Shown here: in pieces, positions 58,854-64,000 of the stretch
Numbering within the stretch: position 1 is the first letter of the stretch
Layout: each line of letters starts with the position of its first letter
NCBI GenBank assembly: GCA_028689145.1
Contig: JAQTWT010000002.1
Coordinates: 289,533-353,532, forward strand
Reading direction: 5' to 3'
Origin: Gallionella sp.
Lineage (GTDB): Bacteria; Pseudomonadota; Gammaproteobacteria; Burkholderiales; Gallionellaceae
DNA: 64,000 nucleotides
Program-made: the position numbers and the translations under genes
Notes under the pieces: generated by a model
Databases searched by the model: none
What the model saw: the letters and a program-made list of their open reading frames with translations, nothing else
What the model was told of the DNA's origin: nothing

Positions 58854-59509
58854 TCTTTCGCGCGGCATCCCCAGCTATTTTCAAACAGCATCTCGTGCAG
58901 CGGCTGCGGCGTGCGCCATTGTTCCAGCTGCAACATCGGTGCGGGATAAAACTCTTCGACCTGACCGATACACAGGATCGCGACCGGCTTGCCGCCCGCT
59001 GGGATGTTCAGCAGTGCCGCGAGCGCCTGCGGATCGAACAGCGACACCCATCCCATCCCCAATCCTTCGGCACGCGCCGCCAGCCACATGTTCTGGATGG
59101 CGCAGGCGACCGAGGCGAGATCCATGTCCGGCATGGTGCGCCGCCCGAAGATGTGCTCGTCGCGCTGATCCATCAGGCTGACCACCCACAGTTCGGCACA
59201 ATCGCGTATCCCCTCGACTTTCAGGCGCAGGAATTCCTTGTCGCGTTCGCCGAGCGCCTGTGCGGTCAATTGTCTTTCGGCTTTCACCAGCGCGTGGATT
59301 TGCCCGCGCAACGCGCTGTCGCTGATGCGGATGAATCGCCACGGTTGCATCAGCCCGACACTGGGTGCCTGATGCGCGGCATGCAGAATGCGTTGCAGGA
59401 TTTCGGCCGGAACCGGGTCGCTGCGAAAATGGCGCATGTCGCGCCGTTCGGCGATCACGCGGTACACGGCGGCGCGTTCGGCGTCGGAAAAACGATGCGG
59501 CAAGCTCAT
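58850..59509 (-). CDS. bluB: 5,6-dimethylbenzimidazole synthase
   Basis: RRDMRHF, AHQAPSVGLMQPWRF, LKVEGI, GRRTMPDMD.ASV.CAIQNMWLAARAEGLG.GWVS; start set at ATG 59509. Confidence 0.94.
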   Translation of the reverse strand: MSLPHRFSDAERAAVYRVIAERRDMRHFRSDPVPAEILQRILHAAHQAPSVGLMQPWRFIRISDSALRGQIHALVKAERQLTAQALGERDKEFLRLKVEGIRDCAELWVVSLMDQRDEHIFGRRTMPDMDLASVACAIQNMWLAARAEGLGMGWVSLFDPQALAALLNIPAGGKPVAILCIGQVEEFYPAPMLQLEQWRTPQPLHEMLFENSWGCRAKE

Positions 59510-59591
59510 GGTCAAAGTATCCGCGCGATTGCGTCCGGATTGGATTGGGAATGACGGGCTAATGCGGTGCTTTGCAAGTATAGATGCCATT

Positions 59592-59637
59592 GTAGGGGCG
59601 GATTTATTCGCCCACGGGCGGATAAATCCGCCCCTAC
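59592..59637. repeat. GTAG-tagged REP doublet (compact REPIN)
   Basis: GTAGGGGCGGATTTATTCGCCC-AC-GGGCGGATAAATCCGCCCCTAC. Confidence 0.88.
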
Positions 59638-59726
59638 AGAGTTGCTACCTATGAATCGAATGGTTTCGGCTATTCCGAAGCAAGCCACTAGTGGATTATT
59701 TTGGTTGAAACCACCTTGTCTGACGC

Positions 59727-61079
59727 TCATCGCATTCCGGGGAATTTCCCCGCCATGCCGCGCATCATCTTGGCCATGCCGCCTCCCTTGCCGAACATCT
59801 TCATCATTTTCTGGGTCTGCTCGAACTGGTTGAGCAGTTGGTTGACGTGCATTACCTGCACCCCTGCACCCGCAGCGATGCGCCGTTTGCGCGAGGCTTT
59901 GATGAGTTCCGGTTTGCTGCGCTCCAGCGGGGTCATCGAGTTGATGATGCCTTCGATGCGGCTGATCTGTTTGTCGTCCACGTTGGAACCGGCAGCGGCC
60001 TGGCTGAGTTGTGCGGGCATCTTGTCCATCAGCGCCGACACACCGCCCATTTTGCGCACCTGTACGATCTGCATCTTGAAATCGTTGAGATCGAAGCCTT
60101 TGCCGCTTTGCATCTTCTTGGCGAGCTTCTCGGCTTCGACATGATCGACACCGCGCTGCGCTTCTTCTAGCAGCGACAGCACGTCGCCCATGCCGAGCAC
60201 GCGCGAGGCCATGCGTTCGGGGTGGAAGGCCTCGAGGCCGTTGGGTTTTTCGCTGACGCCGACGAACTTGATCGGCTTGCCGGTGATCTGTCGCACCGAC
60301 AGGGCCGCGCCGCCGCGCGCATCGCCGTCCAGTTTGGTGAGGATCACGCCGGTTAGCGGCAGCGCATCGCCGAACGCCTTGGCGGTGTTCACCGCATCTT
60401 GCCCGGTCATCGCGTCGACTACGAACAGCGTCTCGATCGGTTTGAGCGCGGCGTGCAGTTGCTGGATTTCTGCCATCATCGCGGCATCGATAGCTAGTCG
60501 TCCGGCGGTATCAACGATCAGCACATCGTGGTAATGCTTGCGCGCGAAATCCAGCGCGGCCAGCGCGATGTCCTGAGGTTTTTGGCTGATGTCTGAGGCG
60601 AAGAAATCGATTTCCAGCTGCTGCGCCAGCGTGCGCAATTGTTCGATCGCAGCGGGGCGGTACACGTCGCAGCTGACCAGCAACACTTTCTTCTTGTGCT
60701 GGTCGCGCAACAATTTGGCGAGTTTGCCGCTGGTGGTGGTTTTACCCGCACCCTGCAAACCGGCCATCAGGATCACGGCGGGCGGGGTGATGGCGAGGTT
60801 CAGCGCATCGTTGTGCTCGCCCATCAGCTTGGTGAGTTCGCGATGCACCACGCCGATCAGCGCCTGTCCCGGATTCAGGTTGCCGATGACTTCCTGGCCG
60901 AGCGCGGCCTGTTTGACCTGTGCGATGAATTCCTTGACGACCGGCAGCGCCACGTCGGCTTCAAGCAGCGCCATGCGCACTTCGCGCAACGCATCCTGGA
61001 TGTTGCTTTCGGTGAGGCGCGCTTGTCCGCGCAGGGTTTTGATGACACCGGAAAGGCGGGTGGTTAAATTATCTAACAT
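59727..61079 (-). CDS. ffh: Signal recognition particle protein
   Basis: GLQGAGKTT, DVYRPAA..QL, DTAGR, DAMTGQDA, TKLDGDARGG, INSMT..ER, SRKRRIA.GAG. Confidence 0.98.
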   Translation of the reverse strand: MLDNLTTRLSGVIKTLRGQARLTESNIQDALREVRMALLEADVALPVVKEFIAQVKQAALGQEVIGNLNPGQALIGVVHRELTKLMGEHNDALNLAITPPAVILMAGLQGAGKTTTSGKLAKLLRDQHKKKVLLVSCDVYRPAAIEQLRTLAQQLEIDFFASDISQKPQDIALAALDFARKHYHDVLIVDTAGRLAIDAAMMAEIQQLHAALKPIETLFVVDAMTGQDAVNTAKAFGDALPLTGVILTKLDGDARGGAALSVRQITGKPIKFVGVSEKPNGLEAFHPERMASRVLGMGDVLSLLEEAQRGVDHVEAEKLAKKMQSGKGFDLNDFKMQIVQVRKMGGVSALMDKMPAQLSQAAAGSNVDDKQISRIEGIINSMTPLERSKPELIKASRKRRIAAGAGVQVMHVNQLLNQFEQTQKMMKMFGKGGGMAKMMRGMAGKFPGMR

Positions 61080-61158
61080 AGGGCGAGTCTGTTGGTCTGA
61101 TGGTGGGCATTCATACAGATAGTGTAGAATTCGTTAAGTCTAAAACATCCTGACAAAA

Positions 61159-61971
61159 ATGCCTAATATTCTCCTTGCTTTGGTTGCCTGCGCCGCTTAT
61201 GGCGTGCTTGCCGCCTACTTCTGGCGGGCGCAGTCGCGCGGTGAAGGGGATAAGGTGAGCCGCGGGGCGATGGGGCATCTGGTGCTGATCCCGCTGGTGT
61301 TGCACGGTTATCTGCTCACCCAGGATGTGTTTGCAGGCGGCGGGTTGAACCTGAGCATGACCAACGCGCTATCGCTGATTGTATGGCTGACCTTGCTGGT
61401 GTATTCGGTGGCGCGCTTCTTTTACCCGATCTGCGGATTGCAGACGCTGGTGTTGCCGTTGGCCGCGGTGACGGTATTGTTGCCGGAGCTTTTTCCGTCC
61501 GAGCACCCGCTGTCCAACACCGGCCTGCTTGCCTTCATGGCGCATATCGCCGCCGCGATGCTGGCCTACAGTCTGTTTACCATCGCCGTGCTGCATGCGG
61601 TGCTGATCTCGCAGGTGGAAAAACGGCTGCATCACGCCACCCTGCCGCGCGTGTTGCAAAACCTCCCGCCGCTGCTCACTATGGAAACCCTGCTGTTCCG
61701 CATGATAGCCGCCGGTTTTGTGTTGCTGACCCTGACGCTGGTGTCCGGTGTGATGTTTTCCGAAGAGATATTCGGCAAGGCCTGGCAGCTCAACCACAAG
61801 GTGCTGTTCGGCTTCATTTCCTGGCTGGTGTTCGCCGTGCTGTTGTGGGGCCATCATTTCTACGGTTGGCGCGGGCGCATCGCGGTGCGCTGGACCGTGA
61901 GCGGCTTCGTGTTTCTGCTGCTGGCCTATCTGGGCAGCAAATTCGTGCTGGAAGTATTGCTGCACAGATAA
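61159..61971 (+). CDS. ypjD: Inner-membrane YpjD/CcsA-family (cytochrome c assembly domain) protein
   Basis: Eight TM-like segments, HIAAAMLAYS, LPPLL.ME..LF, HKVLF, GWRGR..W...G, LAY.GSKFVLE; divergent from ffh, as is usual. Confidence 0.85.
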   Translation: MPNILLALVACAAYGVLAAYFWRAQSRGEGDKVSRGAMGHLVLIPLVLHGYLLTQDVFAGGGLNLSMTNALSLIVWLTLLVYSVARFFYPICGLQTLVLPLAAVTVLLPELFPSEHPLSNTGLLAFMAHIAAAMLAYSLFTIAVLHAVLISQVEKRLHHATLPRVLQNLPPLLTMETLLFRMIAAGFVLLTLTLVSGVMFSEEIFGKAWQLNHKVLFGFISWLVFAVLLWGHHFYGWRGRIAVRWTVSGFVFLLLAYLGSKFVLEVLLHR

Positions 61972-61999
61972 ACCCACAGTCTAAACCCAAAGGAAGACG

Positions 62000-63160
62000 A
62001 TGAGGATTCCGGAAGACGAAGTGCTCCGTTTGGTGGGTCTGATTTACGATGCGGCTCTGGATGAGCGCAAGTGGTCGGCTTTTCTTGATGCGTTTGCAAA
62101 CGCTGTAGGTGGGAGTTCTTCCATTTTGCGCTCGGTAGATTTGCAAACCAACGAGGCGGGGTTTGTCGCCAGCGTTGGTTATGATCCCGCCTGGCAGTCG
62201 GCTTACTGCAGCCATTTTGTCAAAATGGACTATGTGACCCGCGCCCTGTATGAATTTCCGTTGGGTGCAGTCAAGTCGGTCGATCAGGTTTTTGACATGT
62301 CCGAACAGCGCAAGACCGAGTTCTACAACGATTACTATATTCCTCAGGATAAACCGCATGCGATGGGCGCGCTGCTGATTAAAGATGGCAGCCATACGCT
62401 GTTATTTGCATCGCAGCGCGGCAAACGTGCCGGGGTATGGAGCGAGAAAGAAAAGCGGCTAATGGAGATTCTGGTGCCGCATGTCACCCGTGCCGTGCAG
62501 GTGCATCGGCGGATCAATAGCGCCACCGTTGAGAAGGATTGGGCGCTCGGTGCACTTGATCATCTGCGCATGGGTGTGATCCTGACCAATAAACTTGGCA
62601 GACCTCTGTTTGTAAACCGTGCGGCGGAGCTGATGCTGTCTCCCAGTTACGGGGTAAGCGTTTACCACGGCAGGCTGGTGTTGAATACACCGCCTGAAAC
62701 CGCGCAATTGTATAAGCTTATAACAGATGCCGCACAGGGTGCTCCCGGCGCAAATGCCGGAGGCGATATGCGCATCGCCTTGCCCGATGGTGAATCATTG
62801 CATTGCATGGTTATGCCCATCCCGCTAGAGCTTTCCACGCGTTGGGATATTGCGCTTGCATCGGGTTGTGTTGCAGTATTTCTTTCCAAGCCGGGCGGCT
62901 TGCAATTGCCCGCCCAACGATTGGCAGTACTGTACGGATTAACCCCTGCGGAGGCCAGATTGTCCAGCAAACTCGCCGCATGCAAGAACGTTGAACTGGC
63001 GGCGGATGATATGGGTATCACCTTGAATACCGCACGCAGTCAACTCAAAGCGATCTTCGCCAAAACTGGCGCACGAAGCCAATCCGAGTTGCTTGTGTTG
63101 CTCGCGACCGGCGCGCTCGCGCATTGCCGCGATGATCCGGACAAAAGCGCGGGTAGCTAA
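62000..63160 (+). CDS. LuxR-type HTH regulator with N-terminal sensory (GAF/PAS-like) domains
   Basis: C-terminal YGLTPAEARL...TARSQLKAIFAKTG...Q.EL; PAS-like VILTNK.GRP.F.N.AA. Confidence 0.85.
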   Translation: MRIPEDEVLRLVGLIYDAALDERKWSAFLDAFANAVGGSSSILRSVDLQTNEAGFVASVGYDPAWQSAYCSHFVKMDYVTRALYEFPLGAVKSVDQVFDMSEQRKTEFYNDYYIPQDKPHAMGALLIKDGSHTLLFASQRGKRAGVWSEKEKRLMEILVPHVTRAVQVHRRINSATVEKDWALGALDHLRMGVILTNKLGRPLFVNRAAELMLSPSYGVSVYHGRLVLNTPPETAQLYKLITDAAQGAPGANAGGDMRIALPDGESLHCMVMPIPLELSTRWDIALASGCVAVFLSKPGGLQLPAQRLAVLYGLTPAEARLSSKLAACKNVELAADDMGITLNTARSQLKAIFAKTGARSQSELLVLLATGALAHCRDDPDKSAGS

Positions 63161-63169
63161 TTGTCTGTG

Positions 63170-63221
63170 GTAGGGGCGCGATTCATACACAAAAGAAGTG
63201 CGTGATAAATCTCGCCCCTAC
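63170..63221. repeat. Degenerate GTAG-tagged REP doublet
   Basis: GTAGGGGCGCGATTCAT ... GATAAATCTCGCCCCTAC; the right GTAG holds the hydrolase stop. Confidence 0.75.
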
Positions 63222-64000
63222 TGTACCAACCGCTCCAGAATTTCTTCCCAGTGCACGTAGAGTGATAAATGCCCTTCGTCAGGCAGCATGAAGGTATGGC
63301 AGTTGGGAAGTATTGACGAAAGATAAGCCGTCATGGCGAGCGGGGTGTTGCAGTCGGCTGTTCCGCACCACAGATGGGTCCCGGTATTAATATTGTCCAA
63401 CGTGAAGCCCCAATTTCCAGAGATCAGCGCGAAGTCGGAGATGATTCCTTCAATGCCGCCGCGCAGTGTTTGCGTGTATTCCGTTGTAAATTCGGCGATC
63501 CGTTGATTGACCTCATGCTTGTCCCATTCCGGTAACGAGGCGGACATGGCTCCCAGCAAAACAGCAGGCGATTCAGTCAACGGGGATAAGACCTTTTTTA
63601 ATTCTTCCGGGTTGGATTGTGCGAGTGAGAACAGCCCGCCTGACGAGGGCGACATGCCCGACATCACGCCGGGTGCATCAAGCGGTGCGAATGGGCCGGC
63701 CAAAGCTAATCTGGATATCCGGGTAGGAAACCTGCTCGCACAGGCAAGGGCGTACGGGCTGCCGCCGGAAAAGCCGACGATTGAAAATTGCCCGATTCCC
63801 AGTCTATCTGTTAATGCAGCGATGTCGTCCGCCCAATCAGGCAATGTGCGTCCCGGATGCGGATCGGACAAACCATAGCCGGGGCGATCTACCGCAATCA
63901 GCCTGATGTCGCGTTGTGCCGCAATAACGGCCATGTCTGCATGAATGTAACTGGAACCGGGCATGCCATGGAAAAACAGCACCGGAATGCCATTCGGCAC
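63218..64000 (-). CDS. Alpha/beta hydrolase (5' end beyond the window)
   Basis: FFHGMPGS oxyanion motif, DRPGYG.SD, nucleophile GFSGG (GxSxG), W.G.AD, EGH. Confidence 0.9.
   Translation of the reverse strand: MPNGIPVLFFHGMPGSSYIHADMAVIAAQRDIRLIAVDRPGYGLSDPHPGRTLPDWADDIAALTDRLGIGQFSIVGFSGGSPYALACASRFPTRISRLALAGPFAPLDAPGVMSGMSPSSGGLFSLAQSNPEELKKVLSPLTESPAVLLGAMSASLPEWDKHEVNQRIAEFTTEYTQTLRGGIEGIISDFALISGNWGFTLDNINTGTHLWCGTADCNTPLAMTAYLSSILPNCHTFMLPDEGHLSLYVHWEEILERLVQ

Noticed and set aside
59510-59726. Cobalamin riboswitch upstream of bluB
   Set aside because: I could not find the B12-box or the conserved GGGAA/GCCACTG elements; the space holds a REPIN. An Infernal search would settle it.
1-64000. 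tRNA, rRNA, prophage, IS transposase or integrase genes
   Set aside because: No recognisable cloverleaf, rRNA, phage structural, DDE, HUH or tyrosine/serine recombinase motifs were seen.

Overview
A 64-kb chromosomal window from a GC-rich betaproteobacterium. A Gallionellaceae/Nitrosomonadales-like origin is my inference from gene content and protein style. Left to right it holds: an MFS transporter, dnaE, a partial type II secretion cluster (gspEFGHIJK only), rpoH with a CIRCE operator, hemN, asmA, an ArnT-like glycosyltransferase, lpdA, proA and trpC. Next comes an AT-richer three-ORF island punctuated by short related palindromes, then a signalling block (nucleoside deaminase, NMT1-type sensor kinase and regulator, Aer-like MCP, degenerate hemerythrin, HD-GYP). 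The flagellar flhB-flhA-flhF-flhG-fliA-motCD operon follows, next to an unusual Aer-PAS/PP2C/anti-sigma-kinase fusion and msbA. A split late-cobalamin cluster comes next, interrupted by a candidate anti-Shine-Dalgarno sRNA, a hybrid kinase and an Mrr nuclease gene framed by two inverted ~250-bp structured elements. The window ends with ffh, ypjD/ccsA, a LuxR-type regulator and a truncated alpha/beta hydrolase. I saw no rRNA, tRNA, CRISPR array, integrase or transposase. At least five families of short dispersed palindromes are present. Some are nested, two supply stop codons, and two are translated in-frame inside cobQ and cobD. All calls are motif-based by eye; no database searches were run.
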